Shown in pieces: positions 1-12,129 of a stretch of DNA of 64,000 nt. Origin of the DNA: Chiloscyllium plagiosum (lineage: Eukaryota). Position 1 is the stretch's first letter, and each line of letters starts with the position of its first letter. The notes beneath the pieces were generated by a model that had not been told where the DNA came from, ran no database searches, and was given only the letters and a program-made list of their open reading frames with translations. The position numbers and the translations under genes are program-made. Where the stretch lies: NCBI RefSeq assembly GCF_004010195.1, contig NC_057723.1, positions 39,033,425 to 39,097,424 on the forward strand, written 5' to 3'.

Positions 1-352
1 ATGAGAAGATGCAGTAACTTTATCCCAATCAGTAATCAGGAGTTTTAGATTTAAGGTACTTGGTAGCAGTATTGGGCAGGAAGTTGAGAAATAATTTCTT
101 CCAGAAGATGGTGGGATCGGGAATTCATTGCCTTTAATGGTTAAGGAAGTTAAGGAAAGCATTAAACTCGAGGAAAAGAAGTGCAAATATGTGTGTGAGG
201 CCAAATGATTGGACACAAAATAAAGGATACTGGAGCATGATTAAAAATTTAATCAGGAGAAAGAATTAGAGTATGAGGGGAACATAGCCACAAATTAAAA
301 TACTGACACCAAAGGTTGCTACAGGTATTTATAAATTAAAATAGCAAGGGTT

Positions 353-2383
353 GTGTGGAGCCTCAGGAGATGGAGGAAATACAAAACGAGTATTTTGCAT
401 CAGTGTTTACTAAGGAAAAGGACATGGAAGATATAAAATGTATGGAAATAGATGGTGGCATCTTGAAAAATGTCCAAATTACAGAGGAGCAAGTGCTGGA
501 TGTCTTGAAATGCATAAAAATGGATAAATCCCCAGGACCTGATCAGATTTACCTTTGACGTCTGTGGGAAGCTAGGGAAGTGATTGCTGGGCCTCTTGCT
601 GAGATATTTGTATCATCGATAGTCACAGAAGACTCAAAGTTGGCTAATGTGGTGCCACTATTTAAGAAAGGTGTTAAGGAAAAGCCAGGGAAGTACAGAC
701 CAGTGAGCCTGATGTTGGTAGTGGGCTGGATTTACATGTATTTGGAAAGGCAAGGACTGATCATGGATAGTCAACATGGCTTTCTTCGTGGGAAATCATG
801 TCTCACAAACTTGATAGTGGTTTTTTTAAGAAGTAACAAAGAGGATTGATGAGGGCAGAGCAGGAGACATGATCGACATGTTTCCGTTAGACGAGGAGAT
901 TAGGACCTGTGGACACAGCCTTAGAATTAGAGGGGGTCATTTCAGAACAGAAATGCGGAGACATTTCTTCAGCCAGAGAGTGGTGGGCCTGTGGAATTGA
1001 TTGCCACGGAGTGCAGTGGAAGCCGGGATGCTAAATGTCTTCAAGGCCGAGATTGATAGATTCTTGTTGTCTAGAGGAATTAAGGGCTACGGGGAGAACG
1101 CTGGTAAGTGGAGCTGAAATGCGCATCAGCCATGATTGAATGGCGGAGTGGACTCGATGGGCCGAATGGCCTTACTTCCACTCCTATGTCTTATGGTCTT
1201 ATGGATATGGACTTCAATAAGACATTCGACAAGGCTCCCCAGGGGAAACTGGATAGCAAGGTTAGATGTCACAGAATACAGAAAGAACTAGCCATTTGGA
1301 TATAGAAGTGGCTCGAAGGAAGAAGACAGAGGGTGGTGGTGGAGGGTTGTTTTTCAGACTGGAAGCCTGTGACCAGTGAAAGTGGCACAAGGATTGGTGC
1401 AGGGTTCACTACTGTTCATCATTTATATAAATGATTTGGATGTGAGCATAAGAGGTATAGTTAGTAAGGTTGCAGAAGACCCCAAAATTGGAGATGTAGT
1501 GGACAGCGAAAAAGATACCTTGGATTACAATGGGCTCTTGATCAGATGGGCCAATGGGCTGAGGAGTGGCAGATGGAGTTTAATTTCCATAAATGCAAGG
1601 TGCTACATTTTGGGAAAGCAAATCTTAGCAGGACTTACACACTTAATGGTAAGGTCCTATGAAGTGTTGCTGAACAAAGAGACCTTGGAGTGCAGGTTCA
1701 TAGTTCCTTGAAAGTGGAGTCGCAGGTAGATAGGATAGTGAAGAAGGCATTTGGTATGCTTTCCTTTATTGGTCAGAGTATTGAGTACAGGAGTTGGAGG
1801 TCATGTTGCGGCTGTACAGGACATTAGTTTGGCCACTACTGGAATATCGTGTCCAAATCTGGTGTCCTTCCTATCGGAAGGATGCTACGAGGCTTGAAAG
1901 GGTTCAGAATAGATTTCCAAGGATGTTGCCAGTGTTGGAGGATTTGAGCTATAGAGGGAGGTTGAATAGGTTCGGGCTGTTTTCCCTGGAGCATCGTAGG
2001 CTGAGGGGTGACCTTATCGATGTTTACAAAATCATGAGGGGCATGGATAAGGTAAATAGATAAGATCTTTTCCCTGCGGTGGGTGAGTCCAGAACTACAG
2101 GACATAGGTTTAGGGTAACAGGGGAAAGATATAAAACAGACCTAAGGGGCAACTTGTTCACACAGAGGGTAATGCGTGTGTGAAATGCTAGAGAAAGTGG
2201 TGGAGACTAGTACAATTGAAACATTTAAAAGGCATCTGGATGGGTATATGAATAGGAAGGGTTTGGAGGGATATGAGCCGGATGCTGGCAGGTGGGTCTA
2301 GATTGGGTTGGGATATCTATTTGGCATGGACGAGTTGGACTGAAGTGTCTGTTTCGGTGCTGTACATCTCTATAACTCTATGA
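353..2383 (+). mobile_element. CR1-clade LINE (HER1-like), 5'-truncated, decayed ORF2 (RT) plus 3' tail; interrupted by a younger LINE fragment at ~879-1203
   Basis: Frameshifted ORFs give CR1 ORF2 motifs: KSPGPDQIY, ANVVPLFKKG..KPGKYRPVSL, SQHGFLRGKSCLTNL, VQGSLLFIIYINDLD, LYRTLVWPLLEY, RRLRGDLIDVYKIM. Ends in a ...CTCTATAACTCTATG tail. Confidence 0.92.
879..1203 (+). mobile_element. Young CR1 LINE 3' fragment (second family) nested in the older LINE
   Basis: Encodes ..LRIRGGHFRTEMRRHFFSQRVVGLWN.. and ends in (CTTATGGT)n. Splits the host RT sequence, which resumes at ATATGGACTTC (~1205). Near-identical to 12859-13183. Confidence 0.9.
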
Positions 2384-2449
2384 AAGGGAGTGTCTCAACT
2401 GTACAGAGAGAAATGAAAATTTAATAGAAATTAAAGAAGATACAAATAA

Positions 2450-3850
2450 AAAATCAGTAATAGATATAAACCTGGAGCTTGAAGGAAGAGAGGAACTCAG
2501 TGAAATTACAATCGCAAGGGAAGTGGTACTGAGCAAGCTGATGGAGATGAGGCCTGACCAGTCCCCTAATGCTGATGGCCTTCATCATAGAGTCTTGAAA
2601 GAGGTGGCTAATGTGTCAGTAGATGCTTTGGTGTTAATTTTCCAAAACTGACTTGATTTTGGGCAGATTCCATCAGACTAGAAAACAGGAAATAATAACT
2701 TCTATATTCAAGAAGGGGAGACAGGCAAAAGACATAAACTGTGGGTTTGTTAGCTTGGGAAGACGTTCAAATCAGTCACTAAAGAGGTTATACCTGGGTA
2801 CTTACAAACATTCAAGGTAATTAGAAAGAGTTAGCATGGTTTTATGAGAGACAAATAAGATTTAATTGATTTGTTGGAGCTCTTTGATGGTGAAAGGGGA
2901 GTCTAGCAAGAGACTGTGCTTGGATTTCCAGAAGGCATTTTACAAGATGCCACAAAAAAAAAGTTATTGTGCACTCTAGGAGCTCAAGGAGTAGGGTTAC
3001 ATATTAGCATGGATAGAAGATTGGCTACCTGCCACAAAATCAAAGAATATTCTTTTTTTTTCTGATTCACAGAATGTAATGAGAGTAATCTTGCATTGTT
3101 TTGTACTGGCCCTCAGCTTTTTACAATTTATATCGATGACTCAGATGTGGGGAGTGAAGGCATGGTAGCTAAATATGCAAGTGACAGGTTGAAAAGTATA
3201 TTGTTAAGAAGATATAAAGGGTATGCAGAACAATATACATAAGTTGAGTGAGTGGGTAAAAAATCCAGCAGATAAAATACACTATGGGAAAATGTGAAGT
3301 TTTTCACTTTGGTGGGAAGAATAAAATAAAACTATTATTTAAACAGAGAATATAGAATTCTGAGGTGCACAGGAATCTAGGTATTCTAGTGCATATGTCA
3401 CAAAAAGTTAGTACACAGGTACAGCAAATAATTAAGAAGAATAATGGATACTCTCCTACATTATGATAGGAATTGATCACAAAAATAACAAAGTTATGCT
3501 TTAGCTATATAGGCCATTGTTGAAACGACATCCCAAATACTGTGTGCAGTTTTAGACTCCTTATTTAAGATGAAATGCATTGGATACAATTCAGAGGAAG
3601 TTCATTAGATTGATAATTGGAATGAGTGTGTTGTCTTAATATTAAAGTTGGGATGAACTGGGTTTGTTTTCACTGGAGTTTAGTAGGTGAGGGTTGACTG
3701 ATTGAAGTCTGTAAGAGCCTAAATAGTCTTAACAAGCTGGATGTAGAAAGAATACGTTCTCTTGTGGGTGTATCTAGAACTGGGGGCACCATTTTGGGGA
3801 TGCCTTTTTAGGATAGAGATGTGGAAGAAATATTTTCTTAGAGGTTGAGT
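2450..3850 (+). mobile_element. Old, heavily decayed CR1-type LINE ORF2 remnant
   Basis: Degenerate nucleotide equivalents of SP..DGLH.RVLKEVA, LDFQKAF, LAWIEDWL, FTIYIDD and YCVQF..PYL, in the expected order with many stops. Confidence 0.75.
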
Positions 3851-4461
3851 CATGCTGTTTTTACAGAATGGACAAAGGTCCTTTGTCCCATCATGTCTGT
3901 GCCAGTCATCAATTATGATCCTATTTTCCAGTGCTTGGCCCATAGCCTCAAATGCAATAATATTTCAAGTGCTCATCTAAATACTCTTAAATGTCATGAC
4001 GTTTGCTACCTCTCGGCAAATACCCATCACACTTTGGATGAAAAACCTTTTTCCTTAAATCTCTTCTAATCTTCCTGCTCCTTACCTTTAAAACTGGTCT
4101 CCCTAGTTATTGACCTATCTACAAAGGTTATCTATCCTATCCATGTTGCTCATAACTTTGCATACCTCAGTCAGATCCCCCTCAGCCTTCTCTGTTCTAA
4201 GGAAAACAATCCTTTTCCTATGTAGTCTTTTTCATAGTCTAGACACCATCCTGGTGAATCTCCTCTGCACCCTCTCTCAAGCATCCTTCCAGTAGTGTGG
4301 CCACCCAAACTGCACACATTAATTCATCATAGCCTCCTTACTCTTGTATTCAATGTCTTGACTAATAAAAGCAAGTATCCCATATCACTTCTTAACCACT
4401 TGTCCAACATTGGAGCTCTCTCTGCCTCAGAAGACATTGAATATTTTTAAGCTTGACGCAG

Positions 4462-4560
4462 AAATGCCATCCCGTAATCCCAATTCCTCTACCAAAATGC
4501 CATCCCGTATTCCCAATTCTTCTACCAAAATGCCATCCCGTATTCTCAATTCCTCTGCCT
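4462..4560 (+). repeat. Three tandem 33-bp copies at the truncated 5' end of the PLE
   Basis: AAATGCCATCCCGTA(A/T)TC(C/T)CAATT.. starts at 4462, 4495 and 4528. Confidence 0.9.
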
Positions 4561-5336
4561 CCGCCGTATCTGCTCCCAGGAGGATCAGTTCCACCACAGA
4601 ACACACCAGATGGCCTCCTTCTTTAGAAACTGCAATTTCCCTTCCCACATGGTTAAAGATGCCCTCCAACGCATCTCGTCCACATCCCGCACCTCCGCCC
4701 TCAGACCCCACCCCTCCAACCATAAGAAGGACAGAACGCCCCTGGTACTCACCTTCCCCCCAACCAACCTTCGCATAAACTAAATCATCCACTGACATTT
4801 CCGCCACCTCCAAACAGACCCCACCAACAGGGATATATTTCCCTCCCCACCCTTTTCTGCCTTCCGCAAAGACCGTTCCCTCTGTGACTACCTGGTCAGG
4901 TCCACGCCCCCCTACAACCCACCCTCCAATCCTGGCACTTTCTCCTGCCAACGCAGGATTTGCAAAACTTGCGCCCACAGCTCTTCCCTCACCGCCATCC
5001 AAGACCCTAAAGGAGCCTTCCACATCCATCAACGTTTTACCTGCACGTCCACCAATATCATTTATTGTATCCGTTGCTCCCGATGCAATCTCCTCTACAT
5101 TGGAGAGACTAGACACCTCCTAGCAGAGCTTTAGGGAACATGTCCGGGACACACGCACCAATCAACCACACCACCCTGTGGCCCAACATTTCAACTCTCC
5201 CTCCCACTCTGCCGAGGACATGGAGGTCCTGGNNNNNNNNNNCCCTCCCCCACTCACCTATTGTACTCTATGCTACTTTCTCCCCACCCCCACCCTCCTC
5301 TCACTTATCTCTCCATACTTCAGGCTCTCTGCCTGT

Positions 5337-5372
5337 ATTCCTGATGAAGGGCTTTTGCCCGAAACGTTGATT
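5337..5372 (+). ncRNA. Minimal type-I hammerhead ribozyme motif (PLE-associated)
   Basis: CTGATGA (5341-5347), stem II GGGC-TTTT-GCCC, GAAAC (5361-5365), then a GTT triplet. Stem III is the palindromic ACGT type. Confidence 0.7.
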
Positions 5373-6169
5373 TTACTGCTGCTCGAATGCTGCCTGAACT
5401 GTTGTGCTCTTCCAGCACCACTAATCCAGAAACAGATTCTTGTGAGGCAAGCGTTTCAAAGATTATCCAGTGGTAGATGGCAATATGCAATTCAAAACAC
5501 AAACAGATCAGCCATGCTATTATTGAATGCCAAATGCTCCTAATTCACATGTTTGTAAAAAGTAAAAACATTGCATCTAACTCACTACTTCTTTAGATCC
5601 ATCTTCATCTCCACTCCTTCCCACTGCTTTCTCTTATTCTGCTCTCTCCTCTCATTCCAGCCCTCCCATTTCACCCTACTGTCCTATTTCCTGCCCTTGC
5701 TCCCTCCCCACTGCTGTATCCAGCAGCCTCCCTCATCGCTCTGCATGTTGTTCCTTTTCTACTCTTATTGTCACTTTTCTGCCATTCCCTCATCGCATTT
5801 TGCATTAAAATTACTTTTAATATTCAATCCTTGTGCACATTGCACAGGAGATCAACAAGTACCATTAAAAATATTTTGCTGTCATTCATTTTACTACACA
5901 TGTTTCTAACTCTTTATAATATGGCAACAATTATTTACTTGTATTGCTAGATTGCTTTATATGGTTATGGCAGATCACTCAATACTAATATTGAATATTT
6001 TCCTAGTTATGCATGTTAATTAACAATTGCCATTCTAGCATGTTTTATGTTAAATTGGGACATTTCCCTGTTGGTTGAAATAGCTACAAATATGCAAGCT
6101 AAAAAGTCCATGGGGTCAAATCAACATTACCCAAAAATATCAAGGAATATCATTTAGTTATCATAACTA

Positions 6170-6400
6170 AAAAAAAGTTATATTTACATGGTGTTTCTAG
6201 TAAAATATCCCAAAATGTTCCACAAACCATAAGGAATTACAAAGATGTCAAGCCAAGGAAGGAGATATAAGGAACTGTAGTCTAAAGGTAAGTCAATGAG
6301 ATGAGTTTGAGGAAAGATGTTAAAGAGGAGAGAATGAGGCCTAAAAGGCGAAAGTCATGACTTAACTGGGGGATAGGGAGAGGCGAAATGCACAAGCGGT
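6170..6400 (-). mobile_element. Very old LINE (L2-like) 3' remnant
   Basis: TTATATTTACATGG..CATCCC/TATCCCAAAATG.. layout is shared with the similar remnant at 22080-22340. Highly diverged. Confidence 0.4.
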
Positions 6401-7049
6401 TGAAATCAGAATTGTTATTTCTTTTTTTCTATGGGCGGGGAAAGAGTGAAGAAGTGTGACGTTTAGAAGAGGATGTGTTAAGAAATGATGTCATCAGTGT
6501 ATAAAGCACTGTGCTAATATAAAACTGCTGGAAATGAAGACGATGTAGATTGGGGTAGATATGAGATGTATGGGGCAACATTATTTAAAAATGCATTGAT
6601 GAGGCATTTTAATAGATGCGACATATGAGATTAAAACAATTTCCCGGTAAAGAGGAAACTATCGGTCTCGGGTTGAAATAGTTTGAGCCGAGTTAATGGC
6701 ATGGACGGGTGGCGCGGGAGAGTTTTTAAAGAGTTTGTGGCAAATGCGGAAAACGACTTTTCTGTTCCTTTTGTAATGCCGTTTTTTTTAAAGAAAAGAG
6801 TACATTCTAGGTTTATATCTTCGATACAATTCTAAGGCAGGATGAAAATTACAGCGCACTCAATGATAACCATCATAAATTACATTACTGGGCTCTAAAC
6901 ATATAACACCCTTAAATAGAATGAGCAAATGATGAACATACACACCAAACCAGGCAGCATCACAACGGACAGAGGTAGAAATTTAACCGTTCATTAGCAA
7001 GGGCAGACGGGGAGGGGTGAGGGTGTTGAAGTTATACCAAAAACACTTT

Positions 7050-7260
7050 TGACATTAATTAAAGCCCGAGTTTGAGGGCAATTGCATGGCATATTGTTCA
7101 CAGCCAGCGGCTAACAGCAGCCGTTGTAACTCGTTCAGAGGCTGACCTGACCTCGGCTTGTACTTCCCTCATTGGTGCAAACGCTGTGGTGTACAACAGA
7201 CAGCTTTGTGCGGGAGTTTGGGACACCAGCAAACAAATGTTGCAGCACATCCGTAAGTAG
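7050..7260 (+). promoter_or_regulatory. Putative promoter / 5' non-coding exon region of the mucin gene
   Basis: Locally repeat-free and CpG-retaining. Reverse CCAAT (ATTGG 7171-7175), TGACCTGACCT (7143-7153) and a consensus donor CC|GTAAGT at 7253, about 450 bp upstream of the ATG. Confidence 0.4.
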
Positions 7261-7706
7261 ATTGGAACACCTCCTGCAACAGGTTAATTACTAATAGATA
7301 GCAAACTGTTTCATGTTTTTTTTAGCAATCCCCCTTTTTAACATTGGACTAGAGCGTGTTAAGATGTCTCGCTTTTGCTCGATTTCCTTCTCTTGTGGTG
7401 GACCGATCAATGTCGGAGATTGTAGTGGGTTGGGTCTGTTGTCAATCTGACGCACCGTACCAGTTTACGCTGAGGTTAGTACAAACCTCGGCTGATTCCT
7501 TTCAGTTCCGGCAGCAGGCAGTTGCTGTTCAGATGGGTTGCGTTGTTTGCCGCACTATTTGTGCAGTTTCTGTTCTGGGAGAGATGATTGCAGATTCGAA
7601 TGCTTGCATTTCAGATCTCACGACCTGGTCTTAAGTTTTTCTTTTAACTGAACGACTGGATTGATTTTGTGGGCAAACCGAAAGGACCTGAATAATCTGA
7701 GAAACA

Positions 7707-7758
7707 ATGTGGGCGAAGTTTGTGCTGATTTTATGCCAGCACTTTATTCTTTCCTTGG
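7707..7758 (+). CDS. First coding exon (signal peptide) of a PARM1-like type-I membrane mucin
   Basis: ACAATGT Kozak-like context (A at -3). Encodes MWAKFVLILCQHFILSL + G, followed by a perfect donor G|GTAAGT at 7759. Phase 1 matches the next exon. Confidence 0.82.
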
Positions 7759-8329
7759 GTAAGTATAGCATGTTATTAAATTGTGATCTGCTATTATATT
7801 TAAGCTAAAGGGAAAAGCAGTTTAAATTTCAGTACAATAAAACTATTTGTTGCAAATTGTCAATGATCAGTCTGACGTCCATATTCCAAATGTAGTTTTC
7901 TAATTGTTCGACAGCGAATGCATTTATATTAAACACAGAAGTCATCCTTTTACTGAATGAACCTCAACTATATTAAGTAAATCAGGAAATAAATATTCAC
8001 ATGAAATGTTATGCCGATAGATTGCAGCCCGGGATGCAGTCATTTCGTGGTGAACCTTACAGTACTGGACATTGACGACCTACCGTTCAGCCAAAGTCTT
8101 CTGTCAACTTTGCGAGATATTAAGGGTTTGAGTGCTTAACAAGCAGAAATAATGTCAGTTGAGTGGTGGAGGAAGTTCGAGAGGCGAATGAATTGACAGC
8201 ATGAGGAAGTGCCTGTGGTTTAAACCAGCAATGTAGCAAATTAGATTCCGCATCCTTGAATTTCAGAGGTGAATGTTTTTTTCCCAATGAACTATGTCTC
8301 CAGTAAACGTTCTCTTTTTTTTCCCCTAG

Positions 8330-8995
8330 CAACTAATAGTCCGGCTCCGCACGGAACTGCACAAACTGGTTTTACAACTACATTTACATCAGAAAATTCA
8401 TCTACCAATTTTAGCTCACAAACGCCTCTCACCACAAACTTACAAAACACAGCAGCAACAGATGTAGAAACATATCCTTCACCTTCTTCCTTCACCCCAA
8501 CTATCTTGACAAACACAAGTCACGTAACGAGCACTGTGTTATCATCTGCATCATTGAACACCACTTCTCAATACCTCTCTCCGCATCTTAATGCTACAAC
8601 CATGTTATCAACATCAGCTCCCAACATAACTTTGAATAGCTCAGTCGTGGTGACCAGTTATTCACTCAATGTAACAAATAGCTCATCTCAGACTGATAAT
8701 GCAACCAGTGTAAATAGTACAACATACAGTCCTATGACAAGTAACACGACCCATACAACGTCACTTTATACTATTGACACCAACAATTCTTTCACAAGTA
8801 TGAAACCGACATCCATTCCAAATAGCACACAGCACAAAGAGTTTACCACTATAAAAGTCTTTACTACCACCTTTACAACACCAGAAGCTATCACCACCAT
8901 TCTATCATCCTCAAACACAACATATTTGCCAAACACCAGTACCACGACCAACAATACAGAACATCAGGATAGGATTGCATCTCCAAGCAAAGCAG
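8330..8995 (+). CDS. Mucin-like Ser/Thr-rich ectodomain exon of the PARM1-like membrane mucin
   Basis: Acceptor TTCTCTTTTTTTTCCCCTAG| at 8329. 666 nt open, encoding (A)TNSPAPHGT...RIASPSKA, with 17 N-X-S/T sequons counted. Donor CAG|GTAAGA at 8996. Phase 1-1. Confidence 0.9.
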
Positions 8996-9669
8996 GTAAG
9001 AATGAGTGTGACTAGTTCAAAGATGCTTAGGATATGAGGAGTCTGTGCATCAGTACTTTCAGAAAAAGTAAAATCATTGCAAAGATTTAAAGTGACCTCT
9101 GTCTATTTCCATTGGGTTCTGTGTATTTTTGTTGAAAAACTGAGAGATTATGCAATCAGCATTACTGGCAGAGAGATGGGACAGTGGCCAGTGACTAAGG
9201 GCATTGAATTTTTAATTTCAGTTAAATGGATAACTCTTGGAAAGAATTTAATTCAATAACCATAAGGCTGTAAAGTGCTAATGGATTTCTAGGCTTCATC
9301 TCAAGAGGTACAAAAGATAAAAGCTGATCATTATCTCTTTGCCTATATAAAATCTTAAAATGTCAGATTACTGTCTGCTGTATTGGTTTCACAATACAGG
9401 GCGGATGTTGAGGTTTAGGAGACAATATGATACATTTTATTATATTACTTCCTGGTAGGGTGAAATGTCAATATGGAGAAAGACTTGAGTTCAATTGGAT
9501 AAATTGAAAAACGCAGATCACAATTTTTGAATATTTGAGTTCACCTCTACATCATCTGACGTTCCCATAAAAAACAAGGACAACCAGCCTTTACCATTAC
9601 GTTGACAGCAAATTATGTTGTGTTATTCCAGAAAATGTCCACAAGAATGTTCTAGATGTTCATTATCAC

Positions 9670-10055
9670 AAAACCAAAATACTGCAGATAATGGAAATCT
9701 GGAATAAATATAGAAACATGCTGGGAATACTCAGCAAGTTAGGCATCACCTGTGAAGTGAGAAACAGAGTTAGATTTCAGGTTGTTGACCCATTTATCAG
9801 AAACAATATATATGAAAATGAAAGGCTCTGTTGAAACCATTTTATTTCTTCATCATCCCAGATTTCTGCATTTGTATGTCTCTCCGTGACATTCCAACTG
9901 TCTGAAAGTCTGAGATTGTCTTCGCATCATTCCGAAGAAGTCATTGGGCTCAAAACACTAACTCTGCTTCTGTCTTCATTGATACTGCCAGACCTGCCAA
10001 ATTTCTCCAATACTTTCTGTTTTTATTTCCAATCTCTAGCATTTATGGATTTTGC
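9670..10055. mobile_element. Decayed PLE-derived terminal repeats in inverted orientation (left arm minus ~9670-9805, right arm plus ~9925-10055)
   Basis: GAAACAGAGTTA..TTATCAG on the left mirrors CCGAAGAAG..AAAACACTAACTCTGCTTC..GATACTGCCAGACCTGC on the right. Both carry degenerate hammerhead-like cores. Confidence 0.55.
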
Positions 10056-10156
10056 TTTTATTTAAGTAAATCATACATGTTGGATAGGACCATTTTCTGC
10101 AATTTTCCCCCTTCTATACTAAATGTCATTTGTTTCCTGTATCTATATCTCTCTAA

Positions 10157-10496
10157 ATTAGAGTGCTGCTGGAAAAGCACAGCGGTTCAGGCAGCATCCA
10201 AGGAGCAGGAAAATCAAAGTTTCGGGCAAAAGCCCTTCATCAGGAGGGGTGAGATGAAGGTGATAGGTCAGAGAGGAGGGTGGAGTGGATAGGTGGAAAG
10301 GAAGATAGGCAGGTAGGACAAGTCATGGGGACAGTGCTGAGCTGGAAGTTTGGAACTTGGGGTGAGGTGGGGGAAGGGGAAATGAGGAAACTGGTGAAGT
10401 CCACATTGATGCCGTGGGGTTGAGGTGTTCCGAGACGGAAGATGAGGTGTTCTTCCTCCAGGCATCGGGTGGTGAGGGAGCAGCGGTGAAGGAGGC
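10157..10496 (-). mobile_element. PLE (Neptune-type) 3' fragment with a 9-bp target-site duplication
   Basis: Same terminal sequence as 5337-5430 on the opposite strand (hammerhead core 10216-10243, cleavage triplet mutated). TCTCTCTAA flanks both sides (10148-10156 and 10497-10505). Confidence 0.82.
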
Positions 10497-11910
10497 TCTC
10501 TCTAAGTACAGTGACTGTGTTTTGGCGTAATCGATCCAGGTATTTTTCTGCCTACCTTGAGTTGAGAGTGTTTCTAACTCTTACTTTAGCTCTTTACTGA
10601 GCTGGATTGACTCAAGGGAGAGAAATTTTCCACATGTCCTGAGATTCTCACATTCTTTAATTCTGACATCTGCCTGTCCTGACATTACCTTCTCTGTATT
10701 TACTTTGTAGTTAATTATGCATCCATATAGTTATATGCTAAAATGTGAACAAATTGCTGAAAACTGAGCTTTTACTTCTCGGATTCTACAACTTCTTGCT
10801 CTGTGGTGTTCAGTCTATTCCCTGCTTTTTGTCCTCTCTTCTTTCCCTTTCTCCTGAAGCTACATTGCAATTCCCCTTGGCTTCACATTCTATCCCAATA
10901 GCCTTCATATTCAAAGGACCATCCTCCACCAGTTCCATCCTTCAACATGATGCTACTACTGAACACATCTTCCTCTCCCCTTCTCTGTCAATTGTCCCAA
11001 AGGAATTGCTGCCTTCATGACACCCTGGTCTATTCCATCAACACCGCCAAAGCTCATCATACTTCATCCCCTTGCTTTTATACTGCACGTCATATTAACG
11101 TCAGCTATTAATACTTATTCTGGATATATGTTATCTGGTTATTATTCTGGATACCTGTCTGTAATCATTGCCACTCCTTTTACCTTTTGTACTTTGGTTT
11201 CTAATCTCCCTTGCTCTGCAATCTTTCCCTTACCTTCCTTTCTGTTCCACTTGGACCTCCCCACCAGTTTTTACATTATAAAATCCATCACTTTCCCATG
11301 TATCTTCTGTTCCAAAAAAAAAGTTGATTCTGTTTCTTTCTCCATATGATGCCAAACCTACTGCATTTCTGCAGCATTTTCTGTTTTTATTTCTTCATTT
11401 CAGACTCTTTTGTTTCAGTGCTGTAATGACTGTGATCCTCAATGGTCTACCTAAGTATTCATTTTGCTCACTGCTTGAGTGCTCTCATGTTCCTATAAAA
11501 CACCTTGGGATGTTTATCTATTTAAAGATGGTATATAAGTGCAATTTATTGATGTTGGATAGAATCTGATCAACTGCACTCACCCCCATTATCAACAGCA
11601 TGTAATCCCGACTCCCGATATTAAGAGAGTAAGACTATAAGACATAGGAGTGGAAGTAAGGCTATTCGGCCCATTGAGTCCACTCAGCTATTCAATCATG
11701 GCTGATGGGTATTTCATCGCAACTTACCCGCACTCTCCCCATTGCCCTTAATTCCTTGTGAGATCAAGAATTTATCAATCTTTGCCTTGAAGACATCTAA
11801 CATCCCGGCCTCCACTGCGCTCCGTGGCAAAGAATTCCATAGGCCCACCACTCTCTGGCTGAAGAAATGTCTCCTCATTTCCATTCTAAATTGACCCCCT
11901 CTAATTTTAA

Positions 11911-12129
11911 TTTTTTTTTGGATTAGTGGTGCTGGAAGAGCACAGCAGTTCAGGCAGTATCCGAGGAGCAGCAAAATCGACATTTCGGGCAAAAGCCCTT
12001 TATTCCTGATGAAGGGCTTTTGCCCGAAACGTCGATTTTGCTGCTCCTCGAATGCTGCCTGAACTGCTGTGCTCTTCCAGCACCACTAATCCAAAATCTG
12101 GTTTCCAGCATCTGCAGTCATTGTTTTTA
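11911..12129. mobile_element. Mini PLE foldback insertion (inverted terminal repeats, arms ~82 bp) with a 15-bp TSD
   Basis: 11919-12000 is the reverse complement of ~12012-12093 with about 3 mismatches. CCCCTCTAATT(T/C)TAA lies at 11896-11910 and 12130-12144. Confidence 0.85.
12002..12037 (+). ncRNA. Minimal type-I hammerhead ribozyme motif with intact core and GUC cleavage triplet
   Basis: CTGATGA 12006-12012, A-GGGC-TTTT-GCCC stem II, GAAAC 12026-12030, GTC 12031-12033. Short stem I ATTC/GATT. Confidence 0.75.

Larger units (their letters stand above)
4462..5430 (+). mobile_element. Penelope-like retroelement (Neptune-type) 3' portion: RT C-terminus, Cys-rich linker, GIY-YIG endonuclease and terminal repeat; contains a 10-N gap at 5233-5242
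   Basis: Translation gives NAIPYSQFLCLRRICSQEDQF, GTFSCQRRICKTCAH and NIIYCIRCSRCNLLYIGET (GIY-YIG). Ends with the CTGATGAAGGGCTTTTGCCCGAAACG terminal motif. Confidence 0.88.

Noticed and set aside
4462-4560. CRISPR-like direct repeats
   Set aside because: Units are contiguous with no spacers, lie in a retroelement, and the DNA is vertebrate.
4427-5116. 229-aa minus-strand ORF as a gene
   Set aside because: It is the antisense shadow of the C-rich PLE coding strand and has no independent motif or splice support.
8269-8329. 5' part of the 248-aa ORF as the protein N-terminus
   Set aside because: Starts at GTG and runs through the polypyrimidine tract. The true start is better explained by the spliced signal-peptide exon at 7707.
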